From NCBI GenBank assembly GCA_963718615.1, contig OY970368.1:5920001-5984000 (forward strand): a stretch of 64,000 bases of DNA. Reading direction: 5' to 3'. Of the stretch, positions 55,100 to 64,000 are shown one piece after another. The notes under the pieces were generated by a model that saw only the letters and a program-made list of their open reading frames with translations, had not been told where the DNA came from and did not search any database. This DNA is from an uncultured cyanobacterium. Its GTDB lineage: Bacteria; Cyanobacteriota; Cyanobacteriia; PCC-9006; JAAUQQ01. Within the stretch, counting starts at the first letter, position 1. The number at the start of each line of letters is the position of its first letter. The position numbers were made by a program, and so were the translations under genes.

Positions 55100-55900
55100 A
55101 TGGCATTTACTACGGTTTCTCCTGCTCAGGCTGCTGCTCAGGCATTGCGTCAGCCCTCAACCCTGGTGTCCACATCCGGGCTGCCGTTGGGCAGTCCCCC
55201 AGAGGCTGAGCCGCCCTTGGCGACCTCCGTCGGGTCCTGGATTGCGTTGAAAAATGTCACGAAATGCTACCAGCCGGAGGGTTGTGGTCTGCATCAAGTC
55301 AGTTTGGAAATTCCTCGGGGCGGATTTTTGTGGGTGACTGGACCTTCGGGGTCCGGAAAAACGACGCTGTTGAGATTGCTTTACGGGGCTGAAACACCCA
55401 GTCAGGGAACGGTGTGGGTCAATCAGCAGGAAGTGTCTAAATTGCGGGGCGATCGCCTCTCTCGCTTCCGTCGTCAGCTGGGCATTGTTTTTCAAGATTA
55501 CAAGCTGATTCCCAATCGGACGGTGGTTGAAAATATTGCCTTTGCCCTCTGGGCTCAGGGCTGTAATCAGGAGCAGGTGGCACGACGTTTGGCTCCAACG
55601 CTCAAGCTTGTGGGGTTGACCCATAAGGCCCAGGCGTTTCCCGAACAGTTATCGGGAGGAGAACAGCAGCGGGTGAGTTTGGCGCGGGCGATTGTCGGTA
55701 CGCCCCCCTTACTGTTGGCCGATGAACCAACTGGTAACTTGGATGCGGAAAATTCCCGTCAGGTGATTCGCATTCTCAACCAGCTCAACCGCATGGGGAT
55801 CACCGTGATTGTTACGACCCATGATGAGGCGATCGTCCAGCAATCCCCCCATCCCTGCATCGAGATTCGCAACGGGCGGATGGCTTGGGTGCGCCACTAG
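55100..55900 (+). CDS. ftsE: FtsE-like ABC ATPase
   Basis: GPSGSGKTT, GIVFQDYKLI, LSGGEQQRV, LLADEPTGNLD; no ftsX adjacent. Confidence 0.8.
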   Translation: MAFTTVSPAQAAAQALRQPSTLVSTSGLPLGSPPEAEPPLATSVGSWIALKNVTKCYQPEGCGLHQVSLEIPRGGFLWVTGPSGSGKTTLLRLLYGAETPSQGTVWVNQQEVSKLRGDRLSRFRRQLGIVFQDYKLIPNRTVVENIAFALWAQGCNQEQVARRLAPTLKLVGLTHKAQAFPEQLSGGEQQRVSLARAIVGTPPLLLADEPTGNLDAENSRQVIRILNQLNRMGITVIVTTHDEAIVQQSPHPCIEIRNGRMAWVRH

Positions 55901-56035
55901 ATGTGCCACTAGATGCGCCACCCGAAATGTTATGAAGTTATAAAGAAATTTACTCTCACCGTGCGAATGGGGATCACCTAGGGAATCCATAAGATCATCC
56001 ACTTGATCCCAATGCCCAATCGGAGGAAATTCGTC

Positions 56036-56704
56036 ATGGTTCAGCTATCCTCTACCACCTCCCAAATCGCCACTATTCAAGAGCAATGCTTAACCCAGCC
56101 GCTGTGGACAGGGACTTCGTCAGAGCGAGCCCGTAACGCGGCTCTGAGCCCGATCTTGACGGCCCTCCAAGACAAATTGGGCCAGGAAGCGTTGTGTCTG
56201 CGAGGGGCAGATTTGGCAGGGGCAGACCTGCGAGGGATCAATCTCCAAGGCGCGGATCTGAGTGAAGCTAACTTGACCGGAGCAAAGCTGGGGGGGGCTA
56301 ATTTGCGTAATGCTGACCTCACAGGGACAAAGCTAGTGCGGGTGGATCTCACCCGAGCCTTTCTGGATGGAGCCAGTTTGTGTGAGGCGGATCTTCAAGA
56401 TGCCAACTGCATTGGGGCGAGTTTCCTCGGAGTCATGATGTATCGTGCCAATTGTCAGGGCGTCAATTTTCAATGGGCACACCTCACCCAGGCCTATGCC
56501 ATGGAAGCCAATTTCCAAGGTGCCGTTTTGGACGAGACGGATTTGCGCTGGGCCAATCTCACCCGCGCCAACTTTACTGCTGCCTATCTCAAGCGCACCC
56601 AGGTCAGTCGTTCCATTCTCTGGGGTGCAAATTTACAAACGGCAGAACTGCGAGAGGTTAATTGGACCCAGGCTCGCCTACAGACGGCATTGCTTCCCCA
56701 CTAA
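56036..56704 (+). CDS. Pentapeptide repeat protein
   Basis: Long run of A(D/N)Lxx repeats. Confidence 0.9.
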   Translation: MVQLSSTTSQIATIQEQCLTQPLWTGTSSERARNAALSPILTALQDKLGQEALCLRGADLAGADLRGINLQGADLSEANLTGAKLGGANLRNADLTGTKLVRVDLTRAFLDGASLCEADLQDANCIGASFLGVMMYRANCQGVNFQWAHLTQAYAMEANFQGAVLDETDLRWANLTRANFTAAYLKRTQVSRSILWGANLQTAELREVNWTQARLQTALLPH

Positions 56705-57806
56705 GCACCAAGTTATCCCGGTGGATCACCGTTTCGGCACCGGGATAACCCAAAATGGATTCGATGCGATCGCTCCGTTGCCCCCGAATCCGCTCTAATT
56801 CCAAACTGCTGTAGTTCACCAAACCCCGCGCAATTTCCTGACCCATGGCGTCGCACAGCACCACCGCATCTTCACTCTGGAATTCGCCGCTCAAAGCGGT
56901 AATCCCGGCAGGGAGCAGCGAAGTACCCCGTTCCCGAATGGCCTGAACGGCCCCCGTATCCAGCATTAATCTGCCGGTTGGTACTAAACCATTGGCGATC
57001 CAGCGTTTTCGAGCATTGGTGGTGCGTGGCTGGGGGTCAAAACAGGTGCCGATCGCTTCTCCCTCTAGAATTTTGATCAGATTTTGGGGCGATCGCCCCT
57101 GGGTAATCACCGTGCGAACCCCCGCCTGGGTCGCCAAGCTCGCAGCTTTAATCTTCGTCGCCATACCGCCTGTGCCCCAGCGGGTTCCCTGACCCCCAAT
57201 CTGTACCTGAAGCTGCTCTAGTTCTGACAAATTTTTAACCTGAACAATCGGCTGGGCATCGGGATTGGAACGGGGGTCAGCGGAATAAAGCCGGTCAACA
57301 TCGGTCAAAATAAACAGCCAGTCCGCTTCCACCAGATCCGCTACCTGGGCCGAGAGCGTGTCGTTGTCGCCAAATTTGAGCTCGTCGTAGGAAACCGTGT
57401 CATTTTCGTTCACCACCGGAATCACGCCCAGCTCCAGCAGCTTGCGGAAGGTTCGCCGTACATTCACATAGCTGGTCCGTCGTTCAAAGTCTCCACGGGT
57501 GAGGAGGACCTGGGCGATCGCCTGCCCCAGGGTGCCAAACAGATCATCATAAATGCGCATCAGCCGCCCTTGTCCCACAGCAGCCACCGCCTGTTTCAGG
57601 TCAATGGTTTGAGGTCGTTCCGTCAGGCCCAGTCGCGCACAGCCCACCCCAACCGCCCCCGATGAAACCAGCACGATGGAATAATCTTGCTGGCGTAGCT
57701 GGCTCAGGGTTTCAACGAGGGCCGCAATATTAGAAAGCGCTAGGAGTCCCGTATCGGGCTGCGTCAGGCTAGAGGTTCCAATTTTGATTACAAGCGTTTG
57801 GGGCAT
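56658..57806 (-). CDS. proB: Glutamate 5-kinase
   Basis: [39 protein letters not shown]-terminal PUA domain. Confidence 0.96.
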   Translation of the reverse strand: MPQTLVIKIGTSSLTQPDTGLLALSNIAALVETLSQLRQQDYSIVLVSSGAVGVGCARLGLTERPQTIDLKQAVAAVGQGRLMRIYDDLFGTLGQAIAQVLLTRGDFERRTSYVNVRRTFRKLLELGVIPVVNENDTVSYDELKFGDNDTLSAQVADLVEADWLFILTDVDRLYSADPRSNPDAQPIVQVKNLSELEQLQVQIGGQGTRWGTGGMATKIKAASLATQAGVRTVITQGRSPQNLIKILEGEAIGTCFDPQPRTTNARKRWIANGLVPTGRLMLDTGAVQAIRERGTSLLPAGITALSGEFQSEDAVVLCDAMGQEIARGLVNYSSLELERIRGQRSDRIESILGYPGAETVIHRDNLVLSGEAMPSVGEPGSN

Positions 57807-58440
57807 ACCCGTCAATCCAGGCAATATAAAGTCGAGCAAAAAGACCCCAAATAGTGTAAGGCACCGGTTCCCTATCGTGGGGCCGATGCCTTACTGGTTT
57901 TATAGTTCCACTGTGGGATTTATAGGTCCACTATGGGTTTTTATGTTCAGGGTCTTTATGGGCTGACCCCGTTTAATCACAAAACCTAGAATGTCAGAAA
58001 GTGATCCCGAAAAGCGATTTCGTAATATTTGCTTTAGATTTGTCTCGAATGTTTTTTATAAATGTTGAAAAATAGACTGATGTTAAGTTTTGAAAAGTTA
58101 TTTGTGAGTGGCGACTCTAGTCTGTGACTGAGTTTTAGCCTTTCCAAATTAAAAGTTGAGTCATTCGATAGGAGATTTAGGCAAACTGGGAAGACCTAAA
58201 TTCAAAGTCTCTTAAAAAATCGTAACACTGCGAATTAATCCGACATCAGCAAATTCTAATATCGGCTTACTGTGAGGCTAATGTCGAGCGCTTGAAAAAT
58301 TTTTCTACAAAAGATTTTCTGAAAAAACTCTCTACAAAGAATTTTCTGCAAAGGGTTAAGAATAAAAAATAAGCCTCGAAAGATTCGCTGACGAGAGATA
58401 TGGTTTAACCCGTTGTTGAGCCTGGTGCTGAGCTTGGTGC

Positions 58441-58956
58441 TTACCCTGCAAAGGCCCCGATGAGACGCGAGAACCAAACCTCTAGGGAGCGTAGCCAATG
58501 CTTGCGGGGCAAATCCCCTGGGGAAACCATCGGATCGACTAAAACAGTAAACATCCCCAGCCGATTTCCGGCTAAGACATCGGTGAACAGGCGATCGCCC
58601 ACCATCCCCAGCTCACTAAAGGGTAAATTCATCTCCCTCGCCGCCTGACGCAACTTCCGCCGGGAGGGCTTGCCGGCCCCCCAGAGATAGGGCAGCGCTA
58701 GCTCTTTGCCAATGTGGGCAATCCGAGGCTGATTAATATTGTTACTCACCAACCAGATCTGCGTATGGGGGCGGAGGGCATCGACCCACTGACGAACTTC
58801 GTCGGACAGCTGGCGACTATAGGGAGAAATTAAGGTGTCATCCACATCCAAAATTAATCCTCGAAGACCGTTCTGTCGGACCAGATCAGGCGTGAGAGCG
58901 AGGATAGTGCCCTGAAGGACTAAATTGGGTTGTAAGAGCTGGCGGCACTGAATCAT
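58441..58956 (-). CDS. YqeG family HAD IIIA phosphatase
   Basis: LILDVDDTL, VSNN, AGKP, MVGDRLFTDVLAGNRLG. Confidence 0.92.
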   Translation of the reverse strand: MIQCRQLLQPNLVLQGTILALTPDLVRQNGLRGLILDVDDTLISPYSRQLSDEVRQWVDALRPHTQIWLVSNNINQPRIAHIGKELALPYLWGAGKPSRRKLRQAAREMNLPFSELGMVGDRLFTDVLAGNRLGMFTVLVDPMVSPGDLPRKHWLRSLEVWFSRLIGAFAG

Positions 58957-60143
58957 GATTCGGGTTTAGGAGCACCGGCTTCGCTGGCTTCACGCTTTTG
59001 AGCATCCCGAGCGTCGTGGATACTGTCCTGGGCCGCGAGATGCTCTGCAAAGGTACGACTAAAGACGTGAGTACCATCGTACCGTGCTACGTAAAAGAGA
59101 TAATCGGTGTTTTCAGGGGCCAGGGTGGCTTTCAGACTGGCAAGGCCGGGGCTGGAAATGGCCGTGGGAGGGAGTCCGGGGTTGAGATAGGTGTTGTAGG
59201 GAGAGGGGGTTCCCACTTCCGCAAAGGTCAATGGGCGATCGGGCGTCTGCGTAATCCCCAGCCCATATTCAACGGTGGGGTCGACCTCTAGCTTTTGACC
59301 AATCCGCAGCCGGTGGGCCAACACTCCAGCGATTAAGGGACGCTCCGTGGGAATCACCGCTTCTTTTTCGACAATGCTGGAGAACGTCACCCAATCTTCT
59401 AGGCTTAGATCCGTATTGGACTGCTGATAGAGCGGCAAGGCTTGGGTTTCAAACTGATTGAGCATGGCCTGGATCACCACCTGGGGAGAGACCTGACCTT
59501 GATCGATTTGATAGGTGTCGGGAAAGAGAAAGCCTTCGAGGTGGGGGAGGTTGGGGGGTAACCAAGGGTAGCGATCGCGCGGAATCTGCTGCACTGCGGT
59601 GAAAAACTCCTGGGCAGAGAACAGTCCCTGCTGCTCGAAATAGGCTCCCATTTGGCGAATATTCCAGCCCTCAGGAATCGTGAACTGGGCCTGAATCACG
59701 TCCCCTTGGCGAATCTGGGTGGCGATCGCCGGGAGCGAATCCGTGGGAGACAGCTCATAGACCCCCGCCTGAAACTCGCTGGACGCTCGACCCAATTTTT
59801 GCTGCAGTGACAGCCACTTGACCCAAAGATCCCAAGCGTGGGAAGAGCGAATCAGCCCCGCTTCTTCAAGCTGGCGGCCAATGCGATAGGCCGAGGTCCC
59901 AGGCTCAATTTCGAGCTGGCGAATGGCGCGATTCGCGTCATTCTGAGGGGCTGGGGCCGCTTGAACCGGTGCGCTAGCCCAGCTCCACCAACTCCAGCCC
60001 TGCCAGCCCGCCCCCGCCAACACCAAGAGCAAAATAGCCCAGAAGAGCGATCGCTGGGGAGAACGACGACGAGGCTTGGAATGGGCCTTAGGCATGGTTG
60101 CGGGATTCGGTTTGACAGTAGAGCGAGGCGGACTAGGTCTCAT
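58953..60143 (-). CDS. mltG: Endolytic transglycosylase MltG
   Basis: N-terminal TM; TIPEG, LEGFLFPDTY, SIVEKE, SPYNTY..PGLPPTAI.SPG, YLFYVA. Confidence 0.95.
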   Translation of the reverse strand: MRPSPPRSTVKPNPATMPKAHSKPRRRSPQRSLFWAILLLVLAGAGWQGWSWWSWASAPVQAAPAPQNDANRAIRQLEIEPGTSAYRIGRQLEEAGLIRSSHAWDLWVKWLSLQQKLGRASSEFQAGVYELSPTDSLPAIATQIRQGDVIQAQFTIPEGWNIRQMGAYFEQQGLFSAQEFFTAVQQIPRDRYPWLPPNLPHLEGFLFPDTYQIDQGQVSPQVVIQAMLNQFETQALPLYQQSNTDLSLEDWVTFSSIVEKEAVIPTERPLIAGVLAHRLRIGQKLEVDPTVEYGLGITQTPDRPLTFAEVGTPSPYNTYLNPGLPPTAISSPGLASLKATLAPENTDYLFYVARYDGTHVFSRTFAEHLAAQDSIHDARDAQKREASEAGAPKPES

Positions 60144-60294
60144 GGGGAAGTCTCCATCAACGGACGGAGAGCAGACAACTCCAAAAAGTTAAGCACAGGG
60201 TTTCACAATCGGCTACCGTTTTCGTCTCATGCAAACAATACCGAGCCAGTCCGAAAAAACCGCAGATTTGGAACCTCAGGCTTATCCCAAGCCT

Positions 60295-60858
60295 TTAATT
60301 ATCCGCTTCGCTATCGAGGTCTTCGCCCATTTCCTGGGCCAAAATTTCCTCAAGCAGCGGCTCAATTTCTGCAAACTCCTCAGGGGAAATCAGCTTCGGG
60401 GTTTCGTCTTCCATGCGCGTTACGATTAAAAACGGCTCTAGGGGCGTGTAAATCCCGTACTCCCGCTCTTCGTGATAGAAAATCGCGAGCAGCTGAAACT
60501 CCTCAGATTCCTCCGCCTCAAAGCCATTCATATCGCCGTTGAGATCGGATTCGTCTTCCTCTTCCACTTCTGGCAGATCGCCCTCAACCGTTAGGGTAAT
60601 GGCCGTTTCGAGGAGCGTCAGATTTTGTTCGCTGAGCACGGCTTTTGCCGTGGGGAAGAGATGTTTGAGTTCCTTCTCGTCGTCCACGAGAACGGGTTCT
60701 TCGTCCTCTTCATCGTCCTGCCAGCTAAAAATTACAATCGGGGCATCCACCGGCTGGAGTAGACCATAGGTCTGGGTGTTGAGGGTCAGGGAGCGCTCCA
60801 GATAGCAGAGCAGCGATCGCCCAGTTTCATCGTGAAGCAGAACCGTCGGAGCGTCCAT
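60295..60858 (-). CDS. DUF3727 domain protein
   Basis: GRSLLCYLE, LLQPVDAP, AKAVLSE, TLTVEG, IYTPLEP; position next to ruvX. Confidence 0.85.
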   Translation of the reverse strand: MDAPTVLLHDETGRSLLCYLERSLTLNTQTYGLLQPVDAPIVIFSWQDDEEDEEPVLVDDEKELKHLFPTAKAVLSEQNLTLLETAITLTVEGDLPEVEEEDESDLNGDMNGFEAEESEEFQLLAIFYHEEREYGIYTPLEPFLIVTRMEDETPKLISPEEFAEIEPLLEEILAQEMGEDLDSEADN

Positions 60859-60984
60859 GTCAACATCAAATCATCGAGAGTGAATTCCCATCTTACGTGC
60901 AGACGGGGGCAGGAATAACCCGCGCTCAAATTTTGCGTAGCTGAGCCGGTAGCAGATGTTGCAAAAAGATCAAAGGCAAACCGG

Positions 60985-61413
60985 TTAAATCTGGGCACGA
61001 CGCTGATCTAACCAGCGCTGCAAAATAATCGCGGCGGCTTTGCGGTCAATGTCGGCTTTATTGCGGGAGGGGGCATAGCCTGCGGCCTGGATGAGCTCTT
61101 CCGCCTGCACCGAAGACAGCCGCTCATCCATGTATTCCAGGGGCAAATCGAGGGCCTTCGCCAGCCCCGAAGCATAGCGCTGGGTCTGGCGGGCCTGGGT
61201 CCCCAGCTCCCCATCTAGGGTATAGGGCAGTCCCGCCACCAAGATTTGAACCTCTCGCTCTTCAACCAGCTGACGAATCTGGGCAACATCCCGCGCAAAC
61301 CCCGTACGGCGTAGCGTCATTAGCCCCGTGGCAATCAGCCCGGTGCCGTCACATCCCGCAATGCCAACCCGCTTGCGGCCTATGTCCAAGCCTAACGCTG
61401 AGATTCGGGCCAT
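60985..61413 (-). CDS. ruvX: YqgF/RuvX family nuclease
   Basis: LGLDIGRKRVGIA, GLP, MDERLSS, IDRKAAAIILQ. Confidence 0.94.
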   Translation of the reverse strand: MARISALGLDIGRKRVGIAGCDGTGLIATGLMTLRRTGFARDVAQIRQLVEEREVQILVAGLPYTLDGELGTQARQTQRYASGLAKALDLPLEYMDERLSSVQAEELIQAAGYAPSRNKADIDRKAAAIILQRWLDQRRAQI

Positions 61414-62675
61414 GGGGGACGGGAGTTAGAGCGGAAGCGGTCTGAGGGGGAACGCCACCAGTCCAGCATTTGCGGATCCTGAAGACTGGCATAGTCCCAG
61501 CGGTCCCAAAACAGTTCGGAGGAGGAGCAAGCATCGAGGGAGATGCGGCCTGGGATGGGCTGGCGGTTGGGCTGGAACCCCTGGAGCATTTCAGCAATTT
61601 GTAGCCGTTCGATGGAAACGCCCCGAGACTCTCGCAGTTTGTGCCAAACCGAGCGGGAGAGCAGCAGCCGATGTTGAATCGGTTCAGCTTTGAGCTGCTG
61701 GAAGCATTCTTCCCGTTCGGGCTGATAGTCCGCCGAGGTGAGCTGGAGGGGAACGGGGGGATAGGCCTGGAGAACCTGAGCCATGTGGACCATTAGTTCT
61801 GGGTAGAGCCAGGTGTAGGCGGGGTGAACGGTGAGCTCGGCTTGGTGGGGGCGATCGCCATGACGAGACAGATTCAACCGCACATGGCCAATGGCAGCTT
61901 TGCGTTGGGGCTCAAATACATAGCCACTCACCCGATCGGTGCCCTCAACCATGCGATGGGCGCTACTCACCAGGGTCCGAGACAGGCTGGTGCGAAAGTC
62001 CTGAACGTGACGATCAAAGACCTGACGTAGGAGCGGTGGCATGGCCACGGTGTCAAGCTGATAGAGCAAGTGGGCATCGGCATTGCTCACGGGCAGCAAA
62101 TTGGGCAAATCCGGTGTGCGTTCGGCCAGGGCTTGCAGCGTCTCTGGAGCCATTTGCCATTGGGTAATTTGGGCCAAGGGCTGAAAGCCGTTTTGGCGAT
62201 AGAGCGCCACGCTGCTTTCATCGGTCACGTCTACTTCGCTGATCCAGGTGCGGGCTTCCCAAATCATCTCCAAACAGTGGCGCAGGAGCTGAGAACCAAC
62301 ATCGCTAGCCAGTTCCAAATCGCCACGCTCCGTAGTGCCGCCCTCCGCGACCACCCGGCTAATTTGCCAGGTACTGCGGCTGCGGTTGGTGGGGGTGACC
62401 TGGATCAGACCCAGAATCTTGCGATGGGCCCTACCAAACTCTGCCGGATCGCGCTCCGCCACCCGAAAATCTGCCAGATGCCGCCAGGGATTAGGTACCC
62501 AACTCAAGACCTTGAGAGGACCATACCAGCGGCGTAACCACTGGGCGATCGCCTGACTGGCCTCCTCATCTTGCCCAACGGTCGCCTGGGTCATGAGACG
62601 CTCAATCCCGTCCAGATCGCGGTACTGAAAGGGGCGAATCTGCAAACTGTTGGGGTCCTTAGAAGCATTCGGCAT
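61392..62675 (-). CDS. GNAT family N-acetyltransferase
   Basis: IRPFQYRDL, VGSQLL, ALYRQNGF. Confidence 0.8.
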   Translation of the reverse strand: MPNASKDPNSLQIRPFQYRDLDGIERLMTQATVGQDEEASQAIAQWLRRWYGPLKVLSWVPNPWRHLADFRVAERDPAEFGRAHRKILGLIQVTPTNRSRSTWQISRVVAEGGTTERGDLELASDVGSQLLRHCLEMIWEARTWISEVDVTDESSVALYRQNGFQPLAQITQWQMAPETLQALAERTPDLPNLLPVSNADAHLLYQLDTVAMPPLLRQVFDRHVQDFRTSLSRTLVSSAHRMVEGTDRVSGYVFEPQRKAAIGHVRLNLSRHGDRPHQAELTVHPAYTWLYPELMVHMAQVLQAYPPVPLQLTSADYQPEREECFQQLKAEPIQHRLLLSRSVWHKLRESRGVSIERLQIAEMLQGFQPNRQPIPGRISLDACSSSELFWDRWDYASLQDPQMLDWWRSPSDRFRSNSRPPWPESQR

Positions 62676-62721
62676 GGCAGAAGGGCGCGATGGGAATAGC
62701 AGATTTCCCCATCATAACCCG

Positions 62722-63969
62722 TCAACCTTGGGGCCGCAGCAGCACCACGGGCGTTTGCTCATCTGCGTTGCCAGCGGGATTGCTGCGCAGGGCTCGATTC
62801 AGGAAGTCCTCGGAGACCCTAGCAGTCGCGGCCAAGACCTTCACCGCCCCTAGGTCGTTGACATCGACGATGGCGCATTCCAGCCCGGTTTCCCGCTGAA
62901 TTTCATCCACCACGCCCTGGGGATTGTCGGGACCCAAAACAATGAACTGGTCATAGGGGGGCAGCGTACCGGTGACATCGTCCACCAGCCGAGCCTGTTC
63001 GCCGGCCAGTTGGTAAAAACCACCGCGATGGCCAAAGACACGGGCGATCGCCCCCCCCACAAACGCCGCAAACACCCGCCAAGGCCCCACCACATCCACT
63101 AGGGTTTGCAAACCGCAGGCCGTCGCCAAACTGGAGGTGGGTAGAAAGAAATAGCAAACCCGCTTGGCGACCCAGCCCGGTTTAACCTCCGTCGGGTGAC
63201 GCATGCGGCCCTGCATGATTGCGATCGGCGTTTCGCCAATGGTGACGATATCACCGGGTTTGGCATAGGGCACCACGTAGCGTTTGACGATTTCCACCGG
63301 GTTGTCTAGGGGCGTCAGCAGGTGGGTGCGGACAGGGAGGAGTGTTGCACCATCGCGATCGCGCCAAACGGGATTTTCCTCAATCGCGGGAAACTGCAAA
63401 GGAATCACCACATGACGCACCTTGGGAATACGCCCCTGGGGACCGTAGGTGACGTAATTCAGCTTGACCCAGGCCGATTGTAAATCGCTCAGATCAGGAC
63501 CCGTAATCTCAAGGGTGACCCGTAGTCGCGTGCGTTTGCCGGTTTTAACGATGTAAGCAAACCAATAGCCATCGGCACGGGCGGAGGCGTCGTCATGCTC
63601 CGGCGTAATCGTTGTTGACCATTGGAGATTGGCCAAGCTCCCCTTAGAAAGAAGTTTCGCCTCGCCATAGAGCTCGGGGACCATGATCTCTAGCGATCGC
63701 GTCTGATTCATCAGCTCCAGCTCACCAACCAATTTGTAATGCTGGGGGTCAAAGGTTTCCAGCCGCCAATTGCCGTGGGTCAACTCCAGCTCATTGCCAG
63801 GGCGTTGCCGATACTGCGCTTCAAAGGCCAAAGCGGCGGCTCCCGCTAATCCTGCGCCGACACCAACCCATAAACCCAGAGTTCCTAAGATCACGCTGCT
63901 CGCCTCACGGTGATTTCGCAGCTTATTAAAAGATAATTTGGCCGCAGTGTCACCTAGGGGAAACGACAT
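62722..63969 (-). CDS. F420-0:gamma-glutamyl ligase-like protein with N-terminal TM anchor
   Basis: GDIVTIGETP.AI.QGR, VDDVTGTLPPY, AIVDVNDLG, NPAGNADEQTP; true start may be GTG at 63894. Confidence 0.75.
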   Translation of the reverse strand: MSFPLGDTAAKLSFNKLRNHREASSVILGTLGLWVGVGAGLAGAAALAFEAQYRQRPGNELELTHGNWRLETFDPQHYKLVGELELMNQTRSLEIMVPELYGEAKLLSKGSLANLQWSTTITPEHDDASARADGYWFAYIVKTGKRTRLRVTLEITGPDLSDLQSAWVKLNYVTYGPQGRIPKVRHVVIPLQFPAIEENPVWRDRDGATLLPVRTHLLTPLDNPVEIVKRYVVPYAKPGDIVTIGETPIAIMQGRMRHPTEVKPGWVAKRVCYFFLPTSSLATACGLQTLVDVVGPWRVFAAFVGGAIARVFGHRGGFYQLAGEQARLVDDVTGTLPPYDQFIVLGPDNPQGVVDEIQRETGLECAIVDVNDLGAVKVLAATARVSEDFLNRALRSNPAGNADEQTPVVLLRPQG

Positions 63970-64000
63970 CTAGGGGATGGGGGTGAAAACCATCTCGACT

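Overview
64 kb of a cyanobacterial chromosome, identified by dense HIP1 GCGATCGC octamers and by chlP, ndhM, ndhN and ldpA. About 22.6-64 kb is mostly conserved core genome. It holds nurA, a HAD hydrolase, tRNA-Gln, ycf45-like/ldpA/ndhN, the rplC-rpmE ribosomal superoperon with secY, adk, infA, rpoA, truA and prfA, a PP2C/CHAT-FHA cluster, ndhM, a DICT kinase, ftsE, and the ruvX-DUF3727-mltG-yqeG-proB run. About 3-22.5 kb is largely accessory, apart from chlP. It holds a sensor-less NB-ARC protein, a hybrid kinase, a dynamin-like GTPase, a PTPA-CTERM protein and a 12.8-22.5 kb hotspot. The best candidate for an undescribed system is in that hotspot: a TPR-CHAT caspase-like protease with 13 x 46-aa repeats that vary at fixed positions, followed on the same strand by a 131-aa protein with a C-terminal Cys/His motif and a 4-TM membrane protein. 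The membrane gene is frameshifted here and is trailed by an orphan alternative C-terminus, and a Phd-VapC pair is inserted into the module. Beside it lies a pile of broken toxin-antitoxin genes, and the G/C strand skew inverts inside the protease gene. A second CHAT circuit (pseudokinase-PP2C, CHAT-FHA, PatU3-like protein) lies at 48-52.5 kb. All calls come from motif recognition by eye; no database search was run.
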